A program made the position numbers and the translations under genes. Shown one piece after another: positions 1 through 6,865 of a stretch of DNA of 13,173 nt. Origin of the DNA: Candidatus Methylomirabilia bacterium (GTDB taxonomy: Bacteria; Methylomirabilota; Methylomirabilia; Rokubacteriales; CSP1-6); assembly GCA_041496385.1 (NCBI GenBank), contig JBGQEL010000121.1:1-13173 (forward strand), in the 5' to 3' direction. The notes under the pieces were generated by a model. That model was not told the DNA's origin, did no database searches, and saw only the letters and a program-made list of their open reading frames with translations. Position 1 is the stretch's first letter; each line of letters starts with the position of its first letter.

Positions 1-2
1 CC

Positions 3-314
3 GTCGTCAGTGACGACATCAAGCACGGATTCGCGATCAATGAGCTCCACCTGAATTTGCAGCTCGTCCCTGGCCGGGAGGTGCGGTCGCCGACGCTCGA
101 CGTGGACCTTCCCGAGGGGACCTATGCGATCCACTGCAGCACGTTCTGCGGGCTGGGCCACCCGTCGATGAAGGGGAGGCTCATCGTCGGCACGCCCGAT
201 CGTGTTCCGGCCTCGGCGGCGCCGTGGATCGCGTCGCTCCTGTCTGCGGTGGCTGTCGCAGGGCTCGTGCTCACCGTGCGCCGCCGGAACGGACGGGACG
301 GGTGCGCGACCTGA
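3..314 (+). CDS. CuA-type cupredoxin domain protein (cytochrome c oxidase subunit II/NosZ CuA-like) with C-terminal membrane anchor; 5'-truncated by the window edge
   Basis: The frame is open from position 3: VVSDDIKHGFAINELHLNLQLVPG...GTYAIHCSTFCGLGHPSMKGRLIV. It has the upstream His in a D-x-x-H-G-F context (His codon at 24) and C-x3-C-x3-H-x2-M (135-170), the CuA ligand set. It ends in the hydrophobic stretch WIASLLSAVAVAGLVLTV followed by RRR. The track start at 57 is internal. Confidence 0.85.
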   Translation, partial: VVSDDIKHGFAINELHLNLQLVPGREVRSPTLDVDLPEGTYAIHCSTFCGLGHPSMKGRLIVGTPDRVPASAAPWIASLLSAVAVAGLVLTVRRRNGRDGCAT

Positions 315-1711
315 GAGAGCTCACGCCGGTCAGGCGCGCCCTCGACCTCGAGCCGTTCCAGTTCGTCCTGGTGCTCCCGACGGCCGCGGCGGTCGCCGTC
401 GTGCTGATTTCGACCGCGGTCGGCATCGAGCACCCGAGCGCCAACTTCGGGTTGGTCTTCACGTGGGTGGTCTGGTGGGGCGGCCTGCTGCTCTCCTTCG
501 TCATCGCGGGTCGCGCTTGGTGCTTGGTCTGTCCGGTCGGCGCGGCCGGCGAATGGCTGCAAAGGCTGAGCTTCTGGTGGCGGTCCGCGGCCATCGCGGG
601 ACTCGGCCTCAGGTGGCCGCGCCGACTCCGGAATCTGTGGCTGGCGACGGCCCTCTTCGTCGCCTTCGTCTTCCTTGATAACGGGTACGGGATCTCGAAC
701 AGCCCGCGGATGACGGCCGGGCTGATCGTGGTCCTCGTGCTCGCCGCCGCGTGGACCGATCTCGTCTTCGAGCGACGTGCCTTCTGCCGATACCTCTGTC
801 CGCTGACGGCGCTCATCGGCCTCGGTGCGCTCGTGTCGATGCTCGAGCTCGGAAGGCGCGATCCGGAGACGTGCCGGGTCCGGTGCGCGACGAAGGACTG
901 CTACCGGGGTAACGCGCGCCGCTGGGGCTGCCCGATGGAGGAGTTCCCCGGCGGAGAGGCGCAGGTCAAGGTCCATTGCATCCTGTGCACCGAATGCGTC
1001 AAGAGCTGTCGCTGCGACAACATCGCCCTCCGACTCGGGGCCCCGGGCCGCGACCTCTGGCGGCTGCGCCGACCGCGTCTGGACGGCGCCGTCGCGGCGA
1101 TGGTGATCGTCGCAATGGCGACGGTCGTCCCGCTCCTGACGGTGGCCTTCCTCGGGGACATGCGGCGGCTGTTCGTGGGAGTGCTCCCGGCCGGCGCGCC
1201 ACCGAACGATCTGCCCCGCCTCGCCGCCATCGGCCTGCTGTTCGTCATTGGTTTGGGCGCGGGGGTCACGCTGCTCTACGGCGCGAGCCGGCTGTCGCAG
1301 CTCGTGGCCGGCGAGCCCGCGGTGACGACGCGCACCCTCTTCACCCGCTACGCGTACGCCCTCATCCCCGTCGGCTTGGCCAGGCTCATGGCGGATCTGC
1401 TCGACCACGCGCTCCGGACGTGGGGCGCGCTGTGGGTGGTCACGCGCGCGCTCCTGTTCGACTTCCCGCTGAACCGCGTCCCGCCCGGCGGGGCGAGCGT
1501 CGTCCACCTGCTGGGCCCCGTCGCCGTGTACGGGCTCCAGGTCGGCGTGCTCCTCGGCGGCCTCCTCCTCACGGTGTACGCGATGGACCGGATCTCGAAG
1601 CGGGTGTTCGCCGATCGCGCCGCCGCGTTCGCCTCATTCGTGCCCGTGACGGGCCTCGGCCTGCTCCTGACGCTGGTGTCCGTGTGGACGCTCGGGATCG
1701 CGCTGCCGTAG
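302..1711 (+). CDS. Polytopic membrane 4Fe-4S-binding protein (NapH/MauN/NosR C-terminal-like)
   Basis: Many hydrophobic segments. Two CxxxCP motifs (RAWCLVCP, RAFCRYLCP), a Cys cluster CRVRCATKDC...GCP, and ferredoxin-type CILCTECVKSC. The probable start is GTG at 302, overlapping the end of the upstream gene. The track start at 224 lies inside the upstream CDS. Confidence 0.85.
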   Translation: MRDLRELTPVRRALDLEPFQFVLVLPTAAAVAVVLISTAVGIEHPSANFGLVFTWVVWWGGLLLSFVIAGRAWCLVCPVGAAGEWLQRLSFWWRSAAIAGLGLRWPRRLRNLWLATALFVAFVFLDNGYGISNSPRMTAGLIVVLVLAAAWTDLVFERRAFCRYLCPLTALIGLGALVSMLELGRRDPETCRVRCATKDCYRGNARRWGCPMEEFPGGEAQVKVHCILCTECVKSCRCDNIALRLGAPGRDLWRLRRPRLDGAVAAMVIVAMATVVPLLTVAFLGDMRRLFVGVLPAGAPPNDLPRLAAIGLLFVIGLGAGVTLLYGASRLSQLVAGEPAVTTRTLFTRYAYALIPVGLARLMADLLDHALRTWGALWVVTRALLFDFPLNRVPPGGASVVHLLGPVAVYGLQVGVLLGGLLLTVYAMDRISKRVFADRAAAFASFVPVTGLGLLLTLVSVWTLGIALP

Positions 1712-1734
1712 GGACGCCCGCCCTGCGCAGGCCG

Positions 1735-2364
1735 GTGGCGACCATCGTCGCGTTTGCCGCGCTCACGGCGCTCACCGCGGCTGTTGGCCTCGCCTTCTTT
1801 GGAACGATCAACCTGGCGCCCAAGGGCGTGCGCGGACGCGGCATCGTCTTCTACGTCGTCGCCTACCACTACGGCTTCGCGTTCTATGATGCCGACGGCA
1901 ACGAGCGGGAGACGATCGTGGTCGGGGTCGGCGAGCCCGTCACGCTGTCCATCCTTCCCGCGCAGGCGTTGCCGCGCGAACTGGCCCTCGAGTACGCCGA
2001 GCGGAGCACGAGGCTTTCGATCGGAGGCCTGACGCCCGGGGTTCCGGCCATTCGGGAGAAGATCATCGAGGACTTCGCGCTGGGCAACGTCGAGCACATC
2101 GTGGGCATCTCGGGCCACCCGGTCTACGTCACGACCAGCGTCACCCCCCTGCTGGCGGGCGCCCCCTTCCGCGAACACGGGCCCCGCACCCTCCGCGAGG
2201 CGATCGCCCAGAAGGACCCGGCCATCCGGTCCGTCACGTTTACCGCCAAGCGCGTGGGGGCCTTCGACGTGATCTGTGTGGACTCCGGCATGGACGGTGC
2301 CGGCACCTGCGGCTGGGGCCACAAGTGGATGGTGGCCAGGGGCGCCTTCGTCGTTCGCCCGTGA
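1735..2364 (+). CDS. N-terminally anchored cupredoxin-like protein with variant CuA-like motif (C-x10-C-x3-H-x2-M)
   Basis: 3' part of track ORF 976..2364. It has an N-terminal hydrophobic helix (VATIVAFAALTALTAAVGLAFFG), a CoxII-like aromatic strand VVAYHYGFAF, NVEH, and FTAKRVGAFDVICVDSGMDGAGTCGWGHKWM. The start is uncertain (GTG 1735 chosen; GTG 1684 is also in frame). Confidence 0.7.
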   Translation: MATIVAFAALTALTAAVGLAFFGTINLAPKGVRGRGIVFYVVAYHYGFAFYDADGNERETIVVGVGEPVTLSILPAQALPRELALEYAERSTRLSIGGLTPGVPAIREKIIEDFALGNVEHIVGISGHPVYVTTSVTPLLAGAPFREHGPRTLREAIAQKDPAIRSVTFTAKRVGAFDVICVDSGMDGAGTCGWGHKWMVARGAFVVRP

Positions 2365-2384
2365 GACGCGCGTCCGCTGCGGTG

Positions 2385-3068
2385 TCAGCCTCCCGCGCGC
2401 CGGTCGTTGCCGACCCGCCAGCCGAGGTAGAGGACCGCGGTGCTCAGCAGCACGAGCACCGCGGCCGCGGCGACCCGCGAGGAGAGCGAGAGGATCGCGA
2501 TCGTGCCGCTCGAGAGCCCGGTGAAGGCGAGCCCGAGGACCGGCAGCACGGGCGCGCCACAGCCGACGACGCTGCACGGTCCGGTGGAGAGCCCGAGAAC
2601 GCCCACGAGCGCGCCGACCACGCCGCCGTTCCGCCCCGCCGTCCCGTGCCGGCCCCACACCTGTCCGAACTCGCGCACCCGGAGCCAGAGCACTCCGTAG
2701 GCGCCGAAGAGGACGGCCAGGGCCAGGAACCTCAGGAGATCCAGCGCGTCCACGGCGAAGCCCCACTCGGGCGCGCCGTAGGGCCCGTCGGCCGTGAACC
2801 AGAAGACCGCCACGCGAGTTAGAAAGTCGAGCTTGTCTCCTAGCGGCGTGCCGGAGACGAGATACTCGGGGAGCTTCTTGAGCCACGGGTTGAACGCGAA
2901 GTAGGTCCAGGGCTTGCGCGTGACGGCAAGCAGAAGCGGAGGCAGGAGCAGGTTGAGGGCGAAGATCCCCAGCGCGACCAGCGCGAAGGTCCAGGGGCGC
3001 CGGCGCAGCGCGCTGCCGATGCCCCGAAGGGCCCGGGCGAGCGGCTCGAGCGGGGCATTCCTTGACAT
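2385..3068 (-). CDS. Hypothetical integral membrane protein (about 4 TM segments) with GPCSVVGCGAP motif
   Basis: 227-aa ATG ORF with clear hydrophobic helices, filling the gap between two + strand operons. The Cys pair is at 2559-2576. Confidence 0.75.
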   Translation of the reverse strand: MSRNAPLEPLARALRGIGSALRRRPWTFALVALGIFALNLLLPPLLLAVTRKPWTYFAFNPWLKKLPEYLVSGTPLGDKLDFLTRVAVFWFTADGPYGAPEWGFAVDALDLLRFLALAVLFGAYGVLWLRVREFGQVWGRHGTAGRNGGVVGALVGVLGLSTGPCSVVGCGAPVLPVLGLAFTGLSSGTIAILSLSSRVAAAAVLVLLSTAVLYLGWRVGNDRRAGG

Positions 3069-3090
3069 TGGTCCGACCAGATGTTACAGG
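3062..3090 (+). promoter_or_regulatory. Candidate sigma70-type promoter for the ABC operon
   Basis: Perfect TTGACA at 3062-3067, a 17-nt spacer, then TACAGG (3085-3090) preceded by TG at 3082-3083 (extended -10 position). It lies in a locally AT-richer patch. The -10 is a weak match. Confidence 0.5.
3069..3079. promoter_or_regulatory. GntR/FadR-subfamily-type operator palindrome TGGTC-C-GACCA
   Basis: Perfect inverted repeat around a 1-nt centre, matching the TGGT-N3-ACCA pattern bound by FadR/LldR/PdhR-type regulators. It sits between the -35 and -10. Confidence 0.6.
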
Positions 3091-3143
3091 AAACGTAGCC
3101 TGTGAAGTCGAAGCCTTTCCCACCCATCGGACGTGAACCCAAC

Positions 3144-3148
3144 GGAGG
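3144..3148 (+). promoter_or_regulatory. Shine-Dalgarno sequence GGAGG
   Basis: GGAGG ends 10 nt upstream of ATG 3159. Confidence 0.75.
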
Positions 3149-3158
3149 GACCCCCATC

Positions 3159-4526
3159 ATGGCAGAAGTGACTCGTCGGGACTTTTTGAGCCGCCTCGGC
3201 GTCAGCGTCGGTGCCGCGGTCGGCGGCGTGGCAGGAGCGGGCCTCCCGATCGTCGGCGTGGCGCACGCGCAGGACAAGCCCAAGGGCACCATTCCCGACA
3301 AACCGTTCAAGATCGGCCACATGACCTTCTTCACCGGGCCGGGCGCGGTGCTCGGCGAGCCCATGTACAAGGGCCAGGCGCTGGCGGCGGAGGAGATCAA
3401 CGCCGCGGGCGGGCTGCTCGGCAAGCGCAAGATCGAGATCCTCAAGGCGGACGAGAACGCCGGCACCGACGCCAACGTCAAGGAGCTCCGGCGGCTCAAG
3501 CTCTCGGAGAACATCGACTTCTTCTGCGGCATCACCTCCAGCGGCAACACGCCCGCGCTCGGGCCGGTCGCCGAGGAGCTGAAGGTCCTCACGATGTTCG
3601 TCGACGGCTGCACCGATTTCCTCTTCGACAAGGCCGTGCCGAACCCGCACTACATCTTCCGGCTGACCAACATCCAGTCGGCGGACGGATGCACGACGGC
3701 GCTGGCCATCGTGCAGACGTGGCCGAAGTCCAAGCGCATCGCCCACATTCACCCCGACTACTCGTACGGCCGCAACGCCTTCGACCACCTCAAGATCGTG
3801 ATGAAGAAGCTGATGCCGCAGGCCGAGGTGGTCTCCGAGGGCTGGCCGAAGCTCGGCACGACCGACTTCTCCTCGCACATCACGAAGGCGATCGCGTCGA
3901 AGCCCGACCTGATCGTCTCCTCCGTGTGGGGCGGTGACTACGTCGCCATGTACAAGCAGGCGCTCCGCTACGGCATGTTCCAGAAGGCGAAGTTCGCGAC
4001 CACGCTCGCCATGGGCACCGCGCCCCACGCGATCGGCAAGGACCACCCCGAGGGCATCATCGCCGGCGTGCACTCGAACTATCACTTCACGTACCCGGGC
4101 GGCGACAAGTGGCCGCTCAACAAGACCTTCGTCGAGTCGTACCACAAGCGCTTCAACGAGTACCCGAACTTCCAGGCCGAGGGCGCCTACACGTCCACGT
4201 ACATGCTGAAGGCGGCCATCGAGAAGGCCAACAAGCTCGCCGGTGGCTGGCCTGACGACGACATGATCATCGCGATGCTGGAGGGCGCGATGATCGCGGG
4301 GCCGGGCGGCTACGTCTACATCCGGCCGGACAACCACCAGGGCTACAAGGACGCGATCATCGGCTTCAGCAAGAACACCGACGAGTATCCGTTCCCGATC
4401 CTGGACCCGAACCGCATCATCACGATCCCGATCCGCAGCATCACGGCGCCTCCCGGCTGGCCCAAGGGCGAGCCGACCTCGACGTACACCTGGATCGACA
4501 AGACCTGGCCGAACGTCAAAGTCTAG
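3159..4526 (+). CDS. Liv/HAAT-family (type I periplasmic fold) ABC substrate-binding protein with Tat signal peptide
   Basis: MAEVTRRDFL twin-arginine signal ending in AHA-Q. Motifs KIGHMTFFTGPGAVLG, AAEEINAAGGLLGKRKIE, DYSYG, DFSSHITK and SVWGGD are typical of Leu/Ile/Val-binding-like proteins. The RBS supports ATG 3159 rather than the track start at 3102. Confidence 0.92.
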   Translation: MAEVTRRDFLSRLGVSVGAAVGGVAGAGLPIVGVAHAQDKPKGTIPDKPFKIGHMTFFTGPGAVLGEPMYKGQALAAEEINAAGGLLGKRKIEILKADENAGTDANVKELRRLKLSENIDFFCGITSSGNTPALGPVAEELKVLTMFVDGCTDFLFDKAVPNPHYIFRLTNIQSADGCTTALAIVQTWPKSKRIAHIHPDYSYGRNAFDHLKIVMKKLMPQAEVVSEGWPKLGTTDFSSHITKAIASKPDLIVSSVWGGDYVAMYKQALRYGMFQKAKFATTLAMGTAPHAIGKDHPEGIIAGVHSNYHFTYPGGDKWPLNKTFVESYHKRFNEYPNFQAEGAYTSTYMLKAAIEKANKLAGGWPDDDMIIAMLEGAMIAGPGGYVYIRPDNHQGYKDAIIGFSKNTDEYPFPILDPNRIITIPIRSITAPPGWPKGEPTSTYTWIDKTWPNVKV

Positions 4527-4532
4527 CTTTCC

Positions 4533-4612
4533 GGCCGGCGGGCGGTGCCGCCCCTCGAGAACCTGAGAACTACGACAGGTTCCTGAGGGGCGGCCCCACC
4601 CCCCGGCCTTTT
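4533..4612 (+). terminator. Long imperfect inverted repeat (33-nt arms, 10-nt loop) followed by TTTT; candidate terminator/attenuator or mRNA-stabilising hairpin
   Basis: GGCCGG(4533-4538)/CCGGCC(4603-4608), GCCGCCCCTC(4547-4556)/GAGGGGCGGC(4585-4594) and GAACCTG(4559-4565)/CAGGTTC(4576-4582) all pair in the same register. TTTT follows at 4609-4612. Confidence 0.7.
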
Positions 4613-4621
4613 CCCTGGGCA

Positions 4622-6865
4622 TTGATCTTTCTCCGAGCGCTCGGCGTCCTGTTGTCCGTCGTGGTTCTTTCGACCGCGGCGGAGGCGGGGCACGAGATCC
4701 CGTACTATCCGTCGTTCTATCCCCAGGAGATCAAGCTCGAGTTCGCCGAGCCCGCCGCGGCGGCGTGGCTCTTCGAGAAGAACGCGCTCCACGCCTACGT
4801 GGGGCCGCCCGTGGCGCCGCGCGCGCCCGCGCGCCTCGCCTGGGTCGAGTCGCTGCGCGCGGTCGTGGTCCTCGCGTTCAATCCCGCCAGCCCCGGCTTT
4901 GCCACCGCGCGCGAACGCTGCGCCGCCGCCGCGCGCCTGGCACCGGCGCTGGCGGCCACCAAGGGCGGGTACGCGTTCTCGCCGTATCCCCTCACGCCCT
5001 GGCACGCCGACTACGTTCACCACGCGGACCTCGTCGAGGAGGCGAAGGCGCGCGGGTCCGGGGCGGGCGCTGCCGGGCCCCCGCTCCGCCTCCGCGTGCG
5101 GGACGGGCTCCCGGCACCGGCCGCGGACCCGGCGTGGCGGGCGGCCGACGGTGAGTGGGACGCGACGCTCGAGGCGATCGACCTGAAGGAGCTCGTCCGG
5201 GGGGCCGCGACGAGGCTCAACGGCTGGATCGGGCCGCCGTGGCTGAAGGAAGGCTGGTTCCAGGCCCACGCCCTCTACGCGCCCGGCCTGACGGACGCCG
5301 TCTCGCGGGTCGCGGTCGAGGAGACGTTCGCGCGCCGCGTCGGCGGAGTCTACGCCGGCGCCGTCGAGCGGCTCAACCTGGAGCGCCGTCTCGTCTCGCT
5401 GCTCATGCGGGGGTGCGAGCGCGTCGCCGTCGGCTACACGCTCAAGCGCGAGGCGGTCAACGACGACTACTCCGAGGGCGTGGAGAACATCGGCTACGAC
5501 GCCCAGGCCGGGCTGGCCTCGGCGGTCTTTCTGCGAACCGTCAAGCTGAAGGACTTTCCATGGAACGGCTGGCTGCGGCTCGCGACGGCGTCGCGACCGG
5601 CCGCGGCGTGGAATCCGATCGGCGGTTTCGGCGACGAGGCCGGCGCGCTGCTCTGGTCGGCGCTCGCCGATGCGGGCATGCTGCCGGCGCCCTACGGCGG
5701 CGGCTGGGTGCCGAACCGCGTGCGCCCTGTGGAGGTCGCGGGACCGGTCGACCTGCCGCGCGGCGCGCTCGTGCCGGAGCCCGGGACCGGCGCCCTCCGT
5801 CCTGCGGCGCCGGGCGCTTCGGCGCCGCAGCGGGTGACCTACCGGGTCACGCTCTCCAAGTTCCACGACGGGACGAAGATGGGCGTCGCCGACCTGGTCT
5901 ATCCCTACGCGTTCGCGGCCCGCTGGAGCGAAAAGGACCGCGAGGTCGGGCGCGCCACGGCGCTCCTGCGCGAGTGGCTGGCCGCGCTGCGGGTGGTGAG
6001 CGTCGAGACCGAGGTCAGGGACTTCGGCGACCTGCAGGTCTTCCTCGATACGCCGGTGGTGGAAGTCTACTTGCGGCACACGGCCGAGCCCGCCGCGGCG
6101 CCCGCCATCGCACCGCCGTGGAGCGCCGTGCCCTGGCAGCTCATCGTCCTGATGGAGGAGGCGGTGGCGCGCGGCCTCGCGGCGTTCTCCGAGGGCGAGG
6201 CCCGCCGGCGCGGCGTCCCCTGGCTCGACCTGGCCCGCGACCGGAAGCTCCAGGATGCGCTCGCCTCCCTGGCCGCGGACCTCGAGCGCCGGGCGTACGT
6301 GCCCGAGGCGCTCCGCGGGCTCGTGACCGTCGAGCAGGCCAGACAGCGCTGGGCGGCGCTGCGGCGCTTCCAGCGCCAGCACGGCCACTGGCTCGTGACG
6401 AGCGGGCCCTACCGGCTCACCAGGTGGAGCGCGACCTCCGCGGTCCTGACCGTCTTCCGGGACCTCTCGTACCCGAACGTCGTCGGCTCGTTCGACCCCT
6501 ACGCGACGCCCCGGCGGGCGTGGGTGACCCGCGCCGAAAGACGGGGCGACCGGCTCGAGCTCGAGGCCGACGCCGAAAGTGTCACGAAAGCGGGTCGCTC
6601 GTATAAGATCGTGCGGGAGCCGCTCCGCCTGGCGCCGACCGGCGAGAAGCAACAGGACTCGCTCGTCGCGCGCTGGACCGTCGTGGGTCCCCGCGACGAG
6701 GTCGTCGCGACCGGCCGGTCGCAGGACGTCGAGGGCGGCCGGCTGATCGTGGATCTCAAGGGCAAGCTGGCGGCCGGCGCCTACCGGATCCTGGTAGCGG
6801 TGGGGCTCAACGGCAACTTCGTGAACCCGGAGGTGAGGGTGCTGCCGTACCTCGTGGCCGAGTAA
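4622..6865 (+). CDS. Large secreted hypothetical protein, distantly similar to family-5 (peptide/nickel) solute-binding proteins, with beta-rich C-terminal domain
   Basis: Sec signal MIFLRALGVLLSVVVLSTAAEA. KFHDGTKMGVADLVY (about 5858-5902) resembles the family-5 F(H/S)DG...T-A-x-D-V motif and TSGPYRL (about 6398-6418) resembles GTGPY. WNPIGGFGD is at about 5609. Its TAA overlaps the next ATG (TAATG). The TTG start has no obvious SD. Confidence 0.65.
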   Translation: MIFLRALGVLLSVVVLSTAAEAGHEIPYYPSFYPQEIKLEFAEPAAAAWLFEKNALHAYVGPPVAPRAPARLAWVESLRAVVVLAFNPASPGFATARERCAAAARLAPALAATKGGYAFSPYPLTPWHADYVHHADLVEEAKARGSGAGAAGPPLRLRVRDGLPAPAADPAWRAADGEWDATLEAIDLKELVRGAATRLNGWIGPPWLKEGWFQAHALYAPGLTDAVSRVAVEETFARRVGGVYAGAVERLNLERRLVSLLMRGCERVAVGYTLKREAVNDDYSEGVENIGYDAQAGLASAVFLRTVKLKDFPWNGWLRLATASRPAAAWNPIGGFGDEAGALLWSALADAGMLPAPYGGGWVPNRVRPVEVAGPVDLPRGALVPEPGTGALRPAAPGASAPQRVTYRVTLSKFHDGTKMGVADLVYPYAFAARWSEKDREVGRATALLREWLAALRVVSVETEVRDFGDLQVFLDTPVVEVYLRHTAEPAAAPAIAPPWSAVPWQLIVLMEEAVARGLAAFSEGEARRRGVPWLDLARDRKLQDALASLAADLERRAYVPEALRGLVTVEQARQRWAALRRFQRQHGHWLVTSGPYRLTRWSATSAVLTVFRDLSYPNVVGSFDPYATPRRAWVTRAERRGDRLELEADAESVTKAGRSYKIVREPLRLAPTGEKQQDSLVARWTVVGPRDEVVATGRSQDVEGGRLIVDLKGKLAAGAYRILVAVGLNGNFVNPEVRVLPYLVAE

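Noticed and set aside
3..314. Calling this gene coxB or nosZ
   Set aside because: Only the CuA domain is visible. The anchor is C-terminal, no subunit I follows, and the motif is CGLGHPSM rather than NosZ-type CHALHxEM.
122..1507. 461-aa minus-strand ORF
   Set aside because: Antisense shadow of the FeS membrane protein gene. It is Arg/Glu-rich with no motifs, as expected in high-GC DNA.
976..1734. N-terminal extension of track ORF 976..2364
   Set aside because: Overlaps the FeS gene in another frame and translates as low-complexity Arg/Pro/Gly. Protein-like sequence starts only near 1720-1735.
2365..2374. Perfect palindrome GACGCGCGTC between convergent stops
   Set aside because: Only 10 bp, GC-rich, with no loop or U-tract. 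Easily chance at this GC content.
1348..3123. 591-aa minus-strand ORF
   Set aside because: Off-frame to the convincing 2385..3068 membrane protein and antisense to real genes, with no recognisable motifs.
3084..6652. Long minus-strand ORFs 3084..4622 and 4523..6652, and + strand ORF 5155..6606
   Set aside because: Shadow or alternative-frame ORFs over well-supported genes; their composition reflects the codon bias of the sense genes.
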